Assembly (NCBI GenBank): GCA_032718475.1
Contig: JAUCBJ010006562.1
Coordinates: forward strand, 1 to 61,010
Length of the DNA: 61,010 bases
From: Nemertoderma westbladi
Lineage: Eukaryota > Animalia > Xenacoelomorpha
Reading direction: 5' to 3'
Each line of letters opens with the position of its first letter. Within the stretch, counting starts at the first letter, position 1. The notes beneath the pieces are model-generated. The model saw nothing but the letters and a program-made list of their open reading frames with translations. It had not been told where the DNA came from and did not search any database. A program made the position numbers and the translations under genes. Positions 35,001-49,200 of this stretch are shown in pieces.

Positions 35001-38000
35001 AGGGGGGATTCGTAGTAGTACCGAGCTAGTGTCAGGGCCGTAGCCAGGGGGGATTCGTTGTAGTACCGAGCTAGTGTCAGGGCCGTAGCCAGGTGGAATT
35101 CGTTGTTTACCGAGCTAGTGTCAGGGCCGTAGCCAGGGGGGAGAACGTAGTAGTACCGAGCTAGTGTCAGGGCCGTAGCCAGGGGGGAGAACGTAGTAGT
35201 ACCGAGTTAGTGTCAGGGCCGTAGCCAGGGGGGATTCGTTGTAGTACCGAGCTAGTGTCAGGGCCGTAGCCAGGGGGGAGAACGTAGTAGTACCGAGCTA
35301 GTGTCAGGGCCGTAGCCAGGGGGGATTCGTTGTAGTACCGAGCTAGTGTCAGGGCCGTAGCCAGGGGGGATTCGTTGTAGTACCGAGCTAGTGTCAGGGC
35401 CGTAGCCAGGGGGGATTCGTTGTAGTACCGAGCTAGTGTCAGGGCCGTAGCCAGGGGGGAGAACGTAGTAGTACCGAGCTAGTGTCAGGGCCGTAGCCAG
35501 GGGGGAGAACGTAGTAGTACCGAGCTAGTGTCAGGGCCGTAGCCAGGGGGGAGAACGTAGTAGTACCGAGCTAGTGTCAGGGCCGTAGCCAGGGGGGATT
35601 CGTTGTAGTACCGAGCTAGTGTCAGGGCCGTAGCCAGGGGGGATTCGTTGTAGTACCGAGCTAGTGTCAGGGCCGTAGCCAGGGGGGAGAACGTAGTAGT
35701 ACCGAGCTAGTGTCAGGGCCGTAGCCAGGGGGGAGAACGTAGTAGTACCGAGCTAGTGTCAGGGCCGTAGCCAGGGGGGAGAACGTAGTAGTACCGAGCT
35801 AGTGTCAGGGCCGTAGAGTAGTACCGAGCTAGTGTCAGGGCCGTAGAGTAGTACCGAGCTAGTGTCAGGGCCGTAGAGTAGTACCGAGCTAGTGTCAGGG
35901 CCGTAGCCAGGGGGGAGAACGTACTAGTACCGAGCTAGTGTCAGGGCCGTAGCCAGGGGGGAGAACGTAGTAGTACCGAGCTAGTGTCAGGGCCGTAGCC
36001 AGGGGGGAGAACGTAGTAGTACCGAGCTAGTGTCAGGGCCGTAGCCAGGGGGGATTCGTTGTAGTACCGAGCTAGTGTCAGGGCCGTAGCCAGGGGGGAT
36101 TCATTGTAGTACCGAGCTAGTGTCAGGGCCGTAGCCAGGGGGGATTCGTTGTAGTACCGAGCTAGTGTCAGGGCCGTAGCCAGGGGGGATTCGTTGTAGT
36201 ACCGAGCTAGTGTCAGGGCCGTAGCCAGGGAGGAGAACGTAGTAGTACCGAGCTAGTGTCAGGGCCGTAGCCAGGGGGGAGAACGTAGTAGTACCGAGCT
36301 AGTGTCAGGGCCGTAGCCAGGGGGGATTCGTTGTAGTACCGAGCTAGTGTCAGGGCCGTAGCCAGGGGGGAGAACGTAGTAGTACCGAGCTAGTGTCAGG
36401 GCCGTAGCCAGGGGGGAGAACGTAGTAGTACCGAGCTAGTGTCAGGGCCGTAGCCAGGGGGGAGAACGTAGTAGTACCGAGCTAGTGTCAGGGCCGTAGC
36501 CAGGGGGGAGAACGTAGTAGTACCGAGCTAGTGTCAGGGCCGTAGCCAGGGGGGATTCGTTGTAGTACCGAGCTAGTGTCAGGGCCGTAGCCAGGGGGGA
36601 TTCGTTGTAGTACCGAGCTAGTGTCAGGGCCGTAGCCAGGGGGGATTCGTTGTAGTACCGAGCTAGTGTCAGGGCCGTAGCCAGGGGGGATTCGTTGTAG
36701 TACCGAGCTAGTGTCAGGGCCGTAGCCAGGGGGGAGAACGTAGTAGTACCGAGCTAGTGTCAGGGCCGTAGCCAGGGGGGAGAACGTAGTAGTACCGAGC
36801 TAGTGTCAGGGTCGTAGCCAGGGGGGAGAACGTAGTAGTACCGAGCTAGTGTCAGGGCCGTAGCCAGGGGGGAGAACGTAGTAGTACCGAGCTAGTGTCA
36901 GGGCCGTAGCCAGGGGGGAGAACGTAGTAGTACCGAGCTAGTGTCAGGGCCGTAGCCAGGGGGGAGAACGTAGTAGTACCGAGCTAGTGTCAGGGCCGTA
37001 GCCAGGGGGGATTCGTTGTAGTACCGAGCTAGTGTCAGGGCCGTAGCCAGGGGGGAGAACGTAGTAGTACCGAGCTAGTGTCAGGGCCGTAGCCAGGGGG
37101 GAGAACGTAGTAGTACCGAGCTAGTGTCAGGGCCGTAGCCAGGGGGGAGAACGTAGTAGTACCGAGCTAGTGTCAGGGCCGTAGCCAGGGGGGATTCGTT
37201 GTAGTACCGAGCTAGTGTCAGGGCCGTAGCCAGGGGGGAGAACGTAGTAGTACCGAGCTAGTGTCAGGGCCGTAGCCAGGGGGGAGAACGTAGTAGTACC
37301 GAGCTAGTGTCAGGGCCGTAGCCAGGGGGGAGAACGTAGTAGTACCGAGCTAGTGTCAGGGCCGTAGCCAGGGGGGATTCGTTGTAGTACCGAGCTAGTG
37401 TCAGGGCCGTAGCCAGGGGGGAGAACGTAGTAGTACCGAGCTAGTGTCAGGGCCGTAGCCAGGGGGAGAACGTAGTAGTACCGAGCTAGTGTCAGGGCCG
37501 TAGCCAGGGGGGAGAACGTAGTAGTACCGAGCTAGTGTCAGGGCCGTAGCCAGGGGGGATTCGTTGTAGTACCGAGCTAGTGTCAGGGCCGTAGCCAGGG
37601 GGGAGAACGTAGTAGTACCGAGCTAGTGTCAGGGCCGTAGCCAGGGGGAGAACGTAGTAGTACCGAGCTAGTGTCAGGGCCGTAGCCAGGGGGGAGAACG
37701 TAGTAGTACCGAGCTAGTGTCAGGGCCGTAGCCAGGGGGGAGAACGTAGTAGTACCGAGCTAGTGTCAGGGCCGTAGCCAGGGGGGAGAACGTAGTAGTA
37801 CCGAGCTAGTGTCAGGGCCGTAGCCAGGGGGGAATTCGTTGTAGTACCGAGCTAGTGTCAGGGCCGTAGCCAGGGGGGAGAACGTAGTAGTACCGAGCTA
37901 GTGTCAGGGCCGTAGCCAGGGGGGAGAACGTAGTAGTACCGAGCTAGTGTCAGGGCCGTAGCCAGGGGGGAGAACGTAGTAGTACCGAGCTAGTGTCAGG

Positions 38001-41000
38001 GCCGTAGCCAGGGGGGATTCGTAGTAGTACCGAGCTAGTGTCAGGGCCGTAGCCAGGGGGGAGAACGTAGTAGTACCGAGCTAGTGTCAGGGCCGTAGCC
38101 AGGGGGGATTCGTGTAGTACCGAGCTAGTGTCAGGGCCGTAGCCAGGGGGGAGAACGTAGTAGTACCGAGCTAGTGTCAGGGCCGTAGCCAGGGGGGATA
38201 CGTAGTAGTACCGAGCTAGTGTCAGGGCCGTAGCCAGGGGGGAGAACGTAGTAGTACCGAGCTAGTGTCAGGGCCGTAGCCAGGGGGGAGAACGTAGTAG
38301 TACCGAGCTAGTGTCAGGGCCGTAGCCAGGGGGGAGAACGTAGTAGTACCGAGCTAGTGTCAGGGCCGTAGCCAGGGGGGAGAACGTAGTAGTACCGAGC
38401 TAGTGTCAGGGCCGTAGCCAGGGGGGAGAACGTAGTAGTACCGAGCTAGTGTCAGGGCCGTAGCCAGGGGGGAGAACGTAGTAGTACCGAGCTAGTGTCA
38501 GGGCCGTAGAGTAGTACCGAGCTAGTGTCAGGGCCGTAGCCAGGGGGGAGAACGTAGTAGTACCGAGCTAGTGTCAGGGCCGTAGCCAGGGGGGAGAACG
38601 TAGTAGTACCGAGCTAGTGTCAGGGCCGTAGCCAGGGGGGAGAACGTAGTAGTACCGAGCTAGTGTCAGGGCCGTAGCCAGGGGGGAGAACGTAGTAGTA
38701 CCGAGCTAGTGTCAGGGCCGTAGCCAGGGGGGAGAACGTAGTAGTACCGAGCTAGTGTCAGGGCCGTAGCCAGGGGGGAGAACGTAGTAGTACCGAGCTA
38801 GTGTCAGGGCCGTAGCCAGGGGGGAGAACGTAGTAGTACCGAGCTAGTGTCAGGGCCGTAGCCAGGGGGGAGAACGTAGTAGTACCGAGCTAGTGTCAGG
38901 GCCGTAGCCAGGGGGAGAACGTAGTAGTACCGAGCTAGTGTCAGGGCCGTAGCCAGGGGGGAGAACGTAGTAGTACCGAGCTAGTGTCAGGGCCGTAGCC
39001 AGGGGGGAGAACGTAGTAGTACCGAGCTAGTGTCAGGGCCGTAGCCAGGGGGGAGAACGTAGTAGTACCGAGCTAGTGTCAGGGCCGTAGCCAGGGGGGA
39101 GAACGTAGTAGTACCGAGCTAGTGTCAGGGCCGTAGCCAGGGGGGAGAACGTAGTAGTACCGAGCTAGTGTCAGGGCCGTAGCCAGGGGGGAGAACGTAG
39201 TAGTACCGAGCTAGTGTCAGGGCCGTAGCCAGGGGGGAGAACGTAGTAGTACCGAGCTAGTGTCAGGGCCGTAGCCAGGGGGGAGAACGTAGTAGTACCG
39301 AGCTAGTGTCAGGGCCGTAGCCAGGGGGGAGAACGTAGTAGTACCGAGCTAGTGTCAGGGCCGTAGCCAGGGGGGAGAACGTAGTAGTACCGAGCTAGTG
39401 TCAGGGCCGTAGCCAGGGGGGATTCGTTGTAGTACCGAGCTAGTGTCAGGGCCGTAGCCAGGGGGGAGAACGTAGTAGTACCGAGCTAGTGTCAGGGCCG
39501 TAGCCAGGGGGGAGAACGTAGTAGTACCGAGCTAGTGTCAGGGCCGTAGCCAGGGGGGAGAACGTAGTAGTACCGAGCTAGTGTCAGGGCCGTAGCCAGG
39601 GGGGAGAACGTAGTAGTACCGAGCTAGTGTCAGGGCCGTAGCCAGGGGGGAGAACGTAGTAGTACCGAGCTAGTGTCAGGGCCGTAGCCAGGGGGGAGAA
39701 CGTAGTAGTACCGAGCTAGTGTCAGGGCCGTAGCCAGGGGGGATTCGTTGTAGTACCGAGCTAGTGTCAGGGCCGTAGCCAGGGGGGAGAACGTAGTAGT
39801 ACCGAGCTAGTGTCAGGGCCGTAGCCAGGGGGGAGAACGTAGTAGTACCGAGCTAGTGTCAGGGCCGTAGCCAGGGGGGAGAACGTAGTAGTACCGAGCT
39901 AGTGTCAGGGCCGTAGCCAGGGGGGAGAACGTAGTAGTACCGAGCTAGTGTCAGGGCCGTAGCCAGGGGGGAGAACGTAGTAGTACCGAGCTAGTGTCAG
40001 GGCCGTAGCCAGGGGGGAGAACGTAGTAGTACCGAGCTAGTGTCAGGGCCGTAGCCAGGGGGGAGAACGTAGTAGTACCGAGCTAGTGTCAGGGCCGTAG
40101 CCAGGGGGGAGAACGTAGTAGTACCGAGCTAGTGTCAGGGCCGTAGCCAGGGGGGAGAACGTAGTAGTACCGAGCTAGTGTCAGGGCCGTAGCCAGGGGG
40201 AGAACGTAGTAGTACCGAGCTAGTGTCAGGGCCGTAGCCAGGGGGGAGAACGTAGTAGTACCGAGCTAGTGTCAGGGCCGTAGCCAGGGGGGAGAACGTA
40301 GTAGTACCGAGCTAGTGTCAGGGCCGTAGCCAGGGGGGAGAACGTAGTAGTACCGAGCTAGTGTCAGGGCCGTAGCCAGGGGGGAGAACGTAGTAGTACC
40401 GAGCTAGTGTCAGGGCCGTAGCCAGGGGGGAGAACGTAGTAGTACCGAGCTAGTGTCAGGGCCGTAGCCAGGGGGGAGAACGTAGTAGTACCGAGCTAGT
40501 GTCAGGGCCGTACCAGGGGGGACGTGTAGTACCGAGCTAGTGTCAGGCCCGTAGCCAGGGGGGAGAACGTAGTAGTACCGAGCTAGTGTCAGGGCCGTAG
40601 CCAGGGGGGAGAACGTTGTAGTACCGAGCTAGTGTCAGGGCCGTAGCCAGGGGGGAGAACGTAGTAGTACCGAGCTAGTGTCAGGGCCGTAGCCAGGGGG
40701 GGGAACGTAGTAGTACCGAGCTAGTGTCAGGGCCGTAGCCAGGGGGGAGAACGTAGTAGTACCGAGCTAGTGTCAGGGCCGTAGCCAGGGGGGATTCGTT
40801 GTAGTACCGAGCTAGTGTCAGGGCCCTAGCCAGGGGGGAGAACGTAGTAGTACCGAGCTAGTGTCAGGGCCGTAGCCAGGGGGGATTCGTAGTGGTACCG
40901 AGCTAGTGTCAGGGCCGTAGCCATGGGGGAGAACGTAGTAGTACCGACCTAGTGTCAGGGCCGTAGCCAGGGGGGATTCGTTGTAGTACCGAGCTAGTGT

Positions 41001-43000
41001 CAGGGCCCTAGCCAGGGGGGAGAACGTAGTAGTACCGACCTAGTGTCAGGGCCGTAGCCAGGGGGGATTCGTTGTAGTACCGAGCTAGTGTCAGGGCCGT
41101 AGCCAGGGGGGAGAACGTAGTAGTACCGAGCTAGTGTCAGGGCCGTAGCCAGGGGGGAGAACGTAGTAGTACCGAGCTAGTGTCAGGGCCGTAGCCAGGG
41201 GGGAGAACGTAGTAGTACCGAGCTAGTGTCAGGGCCGTAGCCAGGGGGGAGAACGTAGTAGTACCGAGCTAGTGTCAGGGCCGTAGCCAGGGGGGAGAAC
41301 GTAGTAGTACCGAGCTAGTGTCAGGGCCGTAGCCAGGGGGGAGAACGTAGTAGTACCGAGCTAGTTAGTGTCAGGGCCGTAGAGTAGTACCGAGCTAGTG
41401 TCAGGCCCGTAGCCAGGGGGGAGAACGTAGTAGTACCGAGCTAGTGTCAGGGCCGTAGCCAGGGGGGAGAACGTTGTAGTACCGAGATAGTGTCAGAGCC
41501 GTAGACAGGGGGGAGAACGTAGTAGTACCGAGCTAGTGTCAGGGCCGTAGCCAGGGGGGGGAACGTAGTAGTACCGAGCTAGTGTCAGGGCCGTAGCCAG
41601 GGGGAGAACGTAGTAGTACCGAGCTAGTGTCAGGGCCGTAGCCAGGGGGGATTCGTTGTAGTACCGAGCTAGTGTCAGGGCCCTAGCCAGGGGGGAGAAC
41701 GTAGTAGTACCGAGCTAGTGTCAGGGCCGTAGCCAGGGGGGATTCGTAGTGGTACCGAGCTAGTGTCAGGGCCGTAGCCATGGGGGAGAACGTAGTAGTA
41801 CCGACCTAGTGTCAGGGCCGTAGCCAGGGGGGATTCGTTGTAGTACCGAGCTAGTGTCAGGGCCCTAGCCAGGGGGGAGAACGTAGTAGTACCGACCTAG
41901 TGTCAGGGCCGTAGCCAGGGGGGATTCGTTGTAGTACCGAGCTAGTGTCAGGGCCGTAGCCAGGGGGGAGAACGTAGTAGTACCGAGCTAGTGTCAGGGC
42001 CGTAGCCAGGGGGGAGAACGTAGTAGTACCGAGCTAGTGTCAGGGCCGTAGAGTAGTACCGAGCTAGTGTCAGGGCCGTAGCCAGGGGGGAGAACGTAGT
42101 AGTACCGACCTAGTGTCAGGGCCGTAGCCAGGGGGGAGAACGTAGTAGTACCGAGCTAGTGTCAGGGCCGTAGAGTAGTACCGAGCTAGTGTCAGGGCCG
42201 TAGCCAGGGGGGAGAACGTAGTAGTACCGAGCTAGTGTCAGGGCCCTAGCCAGGGGGGAGAACGTAGTAGTACCGACCTAGTGTCAGGGCCGTAGCCAGG
42301 GGGGATTCGTTGTAGTACCGAGCTAGTGTCAGGGCCGTAGCCAGGGGGGAGAACGTAGTAGTACCGAGCTAGTGTCAGGGCCGTAGCCAGGGGGTAGAAC
42401 GTAGTAGTACCGAGCTAGTGTCAGGGCCGTAGCCTGGGGGGAGAACGTAGTAGTACCGAGCTAGTGTCAGGGCCGTAGCCAGGGGGGAGAACGTAGTAGT
42501 ACCGAGCTAGTGTCAGGGCTGTAGCCAGGGGGGAGAACGTAGTAGTACCGAGCTAGTGTCAGGGCCGTAGCCAGGGGGGAGAACGTAGTAGTACCGAGTT
42601 AGAGTCAGGGCCGTAGCCAGGGGGGATTCGTAGTAGTACCGAGCTAGTGTCAGGGCCGTAGCCAGGGGGGAGAACGTAGTAGTACCGAGCTAGTGTCAGG
42701 GCCGTAGCCAGGGGGGAGAACGTAGTAGTACCGAGCTAGTGTCAGGGCCGTAGCCAGGGGGGAGAACGTAGTAGTACCGAGTTAGAGTCAGGGCCGTAGC
42801 CAGGGGGGATTCGTAGTAGTACCGAGCTAGTGTCAGGGCCGTAGCCAGGGGGGAGAACGTAGTAGTACCGAGCTAGTGTCAGGGCCGTAGCCAGGGGGGA
42901 GAACGTAGTAGTACCGAGCTAGTGTCAGGGCCGTAGCCAGGGGGGAGAACGTAGTAGTACCGAGCTAGTGTCAGGGCCGTAGCCAGGGGGGATTCGTTGT
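29060..43000. repeat. Satellite A: 46-bp monomer GAACGTAGTAGTACCGAGCTAGTGTCAGGGCCGTAGCCAGGGGGGA with 30-bp and GATTCGTTGT variants, ~14 kb, roughly 300 monomers
   Basis: Continuous tandem array with higher-order blocks. Confidence 0.98.
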
Positions 43001-43280
43001 TTCGAACGAACCGCCCTTTTAAAATCCTGAGTTTCAATGTTTCTGATGTTAGCGAGTATATGAACGGCTGAGACTAACTTACTGTACATGAACATGATTC
43101 ATTCCTCTCCAATGTGGCGGCAAATCACGGAATGGGTTATCCCTCAAGTCCAATTTGGTCAATGTTGCTAGGGCAACGATGGTGTCGTCGGTTACGTCAG
43201 TAATATAGTTGCTACGGATGCGCAGGGTCTCCAGGGTGGATCTTATCTTAGTCAAACATTGCGGAATAGAGTTAAACCTG
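42972..43280 (+). mobile_element. Left end and internal part of a hAT-like (Tip100-type) non-autonomous element
   Basis: The last monomer continues CAGGGCCGTAGCCAGGGGGGATTCGTTGTTTCGAACGAACCGCCC, a CAGG-terminus plus subterminal hairpin that I recognise from animal hAT MITEs. No right TIR in the window. Confidence 0.6.
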
Positions 43281-43288
43281 GTAAAAAA

Positions 43289-46200
43289 AAACGTAGGATA
43301 ATGTAGGGCTAATTATCTATCATAAATACTCCGAGAGGCGCTCTATCTAGGGATGGTAAACGTAGGATAATGTAGGGCTAATTATCTATCATAAATACTC
43401 CAACAGGCGCTCGATCTAATGGTAAACGTAGGATAATGTAGGACTAATTATCTATCATAAATACTCCGAGAGGCGCTCTATCTAGGGATGGTAAACGTAG
43501 GATGATTTAGGACTAATTATCTATCATAAATACTCCGAGAGGTGCTCTATCTAGGGATGGTAAACGTAGGATAATGCAGGACTAATTATCTATCATAAAT
43601 ACTCCGAGAGGCGCTCTATCTAGGGATGGTAAACGTGGGATAATGTACGACTAATTATCTATCATAAATACTCCGAGAGGCGCTCTATCTAGGGATGGTA
43701 AACGTAGGATAATGTAGGACTGATTATCTATCATAAATACTCCGAGAGGCGCTCTATCTAAGGATAGTAAACGTAGGATAATGTAGGACTAATTATCTAT
43801 CATAAAGACTCCGAGAAGTGCTCTATCTAGGGATGGTAAACGTAGGATAATGTAGGACTAATTGTCTATCATAAATACTCCGAAAGGCGCTCTATATAGG
43901 GATGGTAAACGTAGGATAATGTAGGACTAATTATGTATCTATCATAAATACTCCGAGAGGTGCTCTATCTAGTGGTAAACGTAGGATAATGTAGGACTAA
44001 TTATCTATCATAAATACTCCGAGAGTCGCTCTATCTAGGGATAGTAAACGTAGGATAATGTAGGACTAATTATCTATCATAAAGACTCCGAGAGGCGCTC
44101 TATCTAGGGATGGTAAACGTAGGATAATGTAGGACTAATTATCTATCATAAATACTCCAACAGGCGCTCTATCTAGGGATAGTAAACGTAGGATAATGTA
44201 GGACTAATTATCTATCATAAAGACTCCGAGAGGCGCTCTATCTAGGGATGGTAAACGTAGGATAATGTAGGACTAATTATCTATCATAAATACTCCAACA
44301 GGCGCTCTATCTAGTGGTAAACGTAGGATAATGTAGGACTAATTATCTATCATAAATACTCCGAGAGGCGCTCTATCTAGGGATGGTAAACGTAGGATAA
44401 TGCAGGACTAGTTATCTATCATAAATACTCCGAGAGGCGCTCTATCTAGGGATGGTAAACGTAGGATAATGTAGGACTACTTATCTATCATAAATACTCC
44501 GAGAGGCGCTCTATCTAGGGATGGTAAACGTAGGATAATGTAGGACTAATTATCTATCATAAATACTCCGAGAGGTGCTCTATCTAGTGGTAAACGTAGG
44601 ATAATGTAGGACTAATTATCTATCATAAATACTCCGAGAGGCGCTCTATCTAGGGATGGTAAACGTAGGATAATGTAGGACTAATTATCTATCATAAATA
44701 CTCCGAGAGGTGCTCTATCTAGGGATGGTAAACGTAGGATAATGCAGGACTAATTATCTATCATAAATACTCCGAGAGGTGCTCTATCTAGTGGTAAACG
44801 TAGGATAATGTAGGACTAATTATCTATCATAAATACTCCGAGAGGCGCTCTATCTAGGGATGGTAAACGTAGGATAATGTAGGACTAATTATCTATCATA
44901 AATACTCCGAAAGGTGCTCTATCTAGGGATGGTAAACGTAGGATAATGCAGGACTAATTATCTATCATAAATACTCCGAGAGGCGCTCTATCTAGGGATG
45001 GTAAACGTAGGATAATGTAGGACTAATTATCTATCATAAATACTCCGAGAGGTGCTCTATCTAGTGGTAAACGTAGGATAATGTAGGACTAATTATCTAT
45101 CATAAATACTCCGAGAGGCGCTCTATCTAGGGATGGTAAACGTAGGATATTGTAGGACTAATTATCTATCATAAATACTCCGAGAGGCGCTCTATCTAGG
45201 GATGGTAAACGTAGGATAATGTAGGACTAATTATCTATCATAAATACTCCGAGAGGTGCTCTATCTAGGGATGGTAAACGTAGGATAATGTAGGACTGAT
45301 TATCTATCATAAACACTCCGAGAGGTGTTCTATCTAGGGATAGTAAACGTAGGATAACGCAGGACTAAATATCTATCATAAATACTCCGAGAGGCGCTCT
45401 ATCTAGGGATGGTAAACGTAGGATAATGCAGGACTAATTATCTATCATAAATATTCCGAGAGGCGCTCTATCTAGGGATGATAAACGTAGGATAATGTAG
45501 GACTAATTATCTATCATAAATACTCCGAGAGGTGCTCTATCTAGGGATGGTAAACGTAGGATAATGTAGGACTAATTATCTATCATAAATACTCCGACAG
45601 GCGCTCTATCTAGTGGTAAACGTAGGATAATGTAGGACTAATTATCTATCATAAATACTCCGAGAGGCGCTCTATCTAGGGATGGTAAACGTAGGATAAT
45701 GTAGGACTAATTATCCACTGATAAATACTCCGACAGGCGCTCTATCTATCTAGTGGTAAACGTAGGATAATGTAGGACTAATTATCTATCATAAATACTC
45801 CGAGAAGCGCTCTATCTAGGGATGTTAAACGTAGGATAATGTTGGACTAATTATCTATCAAAAATACTCCGACAGGCGCTCTATCTAGTGGTAAACGTAG
45901 GATAATGTAGGACTAATTATCTATCATAAATACTCCGAGAGGCGCTCTATCTAGGGATGGTAAACGTAGGACAATGTAGGACTAATTATCTATCATAAAT
46001 ACTCCGAGAGGTGCTCTATCTAGGGATGGTAAACGTAGGATAATGTAGGGTTAATTATCTATCATAAATACTCCGAGAGGCGCTCTATCTAGGGATGGTA
46101 AACGTAGGATAATGTAGGACTAATTATCTATCATAAATACTCCGAGAGGTGCTCTATCTAGGGATGGTAAACGTAGGATAATGTAGGACTAATTATCTAT

Positions 46201-49200
46201 CATAAATACTCCGAGAGGCGCTCTATCTAGGGATGGTAAACGTAGGATAATGTAGGACTAATTATCTATCATAAATACTCCTCCGAGAGGCGCTCTATCT
46301 AGGGATGTTAAACGTAGGATAATGTTGGACTAATTATCTATCATAAATACTCCGACAGGCGCTCTATCTAGTGGTAAACGTAGGATAATGTAGGACTAAT
46401 TATCTATCATAAATACTCCGAGAGGCGCTTTATCTAGGGATGGTAAACGTAGGATAATGTAGGACTAATTATCTATAATAAATACTCCGAGAGGCGCTCT
46501 ATCTAGGGAAGGTAAACGTAGGATAATGTAGGACTAATTATCTATCATAAATACTCCGAGAGGCGCTCTATCTATGGATGGTAAACGTAGGATAATGTAG
46601 GACTAATTATCTATCATAAATACTCCGAGAGGGGCTCTATCTAGGCATGGTAAACGTAGGATAATTTAGTCCTAGTTATCTATCATAAATACTCCGAGAG
46701 GCGCTCTATCTAAGGATAGTAAACGTAGGATAATGTAGGACTAATTATCTATCATAAAGACTCCGAGAAGTGCTCTATCTAGGGATGGTAAACGTAGGAT
46801 AATGTAGGACTAATTGTCTATCATAAATACTCCGAGAGGCGCTCTATATAGGGATGGTAAACGTAGGATAATGTAGGACTAATTATCTATCATAAAGACT
46901 CCGAGAGGCGCTCTATCTAGGGATGGTAAACGTAGGATAATGTAGGAGTAATTATCTATCATAAATACTCCGAGAGGCGCTCTATCTAGGGATGGTAAAC
47001 GTAGGATAATGCAGGACTAGTTATCTATCATAAATACTCCGAGAGGCGCTCTATCTAGGGATGGTAAACGTAGGATAATGTAGGACTAATTATCTATCAT
47101 AAATACTACGAGAGGCGCTCTATCTAGGGATGGTAAACGTAGGATAATGTAGGACTAATTATCTATCATAAATACTCCGAGAGGTGCTCTATCTAGGGAT
47201 AGAAAACGTAGGATAATGCATGACTAGTTATCTATCATAAATACTCCGAGAGGCGCTCTATCTAGGGATGGTAAACGTAGGATAATGTAGGACTAGTTAA
47301 CTATCATAAATACTCCGTGAGGCGCTCTATCTAGGGTTGGTAAACGTAGGATAATGTAGGACTAATTATTATCTATCATAAATACTCTGATAAGCGCTCT
47401 ATCTAGGGATGGTAAACGTAGGATAATGTAGGACTAATTATCTATCATAAATACTCCGAGAGTCGCTCTATCTAGGGATGGTAAACGTAGGATAATGTAG
47501 GACTAATTATCTGTCATAAATACTCCGACAGGCGATCTATCTAGTGGTAAACGTAGGATAATGTAGGACTAATTATCTATCATAAATACTCCGAGAGGTG
47601 CTCTATCTAGGGATGGTAAACGTAGGATAATGTAGGACTAATTATCTATCATAAATACTCCGAGAGGCGCTCTATCTAGGGATGGTAAACGTAGGATAAT
47701 GTAGGACTAATTATCTATCATAAATACTCCGAGAGGCGCTCTATCTAGGGATGGTAAACGTAGGATAACGTAGGACTAGTTATCTATCAGAAATACTCCG
47801 AGAGGCGCTCTATCTAGGGATGGTAAACGTAGGATAATGTAGGACTAATTATCTATCATAAATACTCCGAGAGGCGCTCTATCTTGAGATGGTAAACGTA
47901 GGATAACGTAGGACTAGTTATCTATCAGAAATACTCCGAGAGGCGCTCTATCTAGGGATGGTAAACGTAGGATAATGTAGGACTAATTATCTATCATAAA
48001 TACTCCGAGAGGCGCTCTATCTAGGGATGGTAAACGTAGGATAATGTAGGACTAATTATCTATCATAAATACTCCGAGAGGTGCTCTATCTAGTGGTAAA
48101 CGTAGGATAATGTAGGACTAATTATCTATCATAAATACTCCGAGAGGCGCTCTATCTAGTGGTAAACGTAGGATAATGTAGGACTAATTATCTATCATAA
48201 ATACTCCGAGAGGCGCTCTATCTAGGGATGGTAAACGTAGGATAATGTAGGACTAATTATCTATCATAAATACTCCGAGAGGCGCTCTATCTAGGGATGG
48301 TAAACGTAGGATAATGTAGGACTAATTATCTATCATAAATACTCCGAGAGGCGCTCTATCTAGGGATGGTAAACGTAGGATAATGTAGGACTAATTATCT
48401 ATCATAAATACTCCGAGAGGTGCTCTATCTAGTGGTAAATGTAGGATAATGTAGGACTAATTATCTATCATAAATACTCCGAGAGGCGCTCTATCTAGGG
48501 ATGGTAAACGTAGGATAATGTAGGACTAATTATCTATCATAAATACTCCGAGAGGCGCTCTATCTAGGGATGGTAAACGTAGGATAATGTAGGACTAATT
48601 ATCTATCATAAATACTCCGAGAGGTGCTCTATCTAGGGATGGTAAACGTAGGATAATGTAGGACTGATTATCTATCATAAACACTCCGAGAGGTGCTCTA
48701 TCTAGGGATGGTAAACGTAGGATAATGCAGGACTAATTATCTATCATAAATACTCCGAGAGGCGCTCTATCTAGGGATGGTAAACGTAGGATAATGCAGG
48801 ACTAATTATCTATCATAAATACTCCGAGAGGCGCTCTATCTATGGATGGTAAACGTAGGATAATGTAGGACTAGTTATCTATCATAAATACTCCGACAGG
48901 CGCTCTATATAGGGATGGTAAACGTAGGATAATGTAGGACTAATTATCTATCATAAATACTCCGACAGGCGATCTATCTAGTGGTAAACGTAGGATAATG
49001 TAGGACTAATTATCTATCATAAATACGCCGAGAGGCGCTCTATCTATGGATGGTAAACGTAGGATAATGTAGGACTAATTATCTATCATAAATACTCCGA
49101 GAGGCGCTCTATCTAGGGATGGTAAACGTAGGATAATGTAGGACTAATTATCTATCATAAATACTCCGACAGGCGATCTATCTAGTGGTAAACGTAGGAT

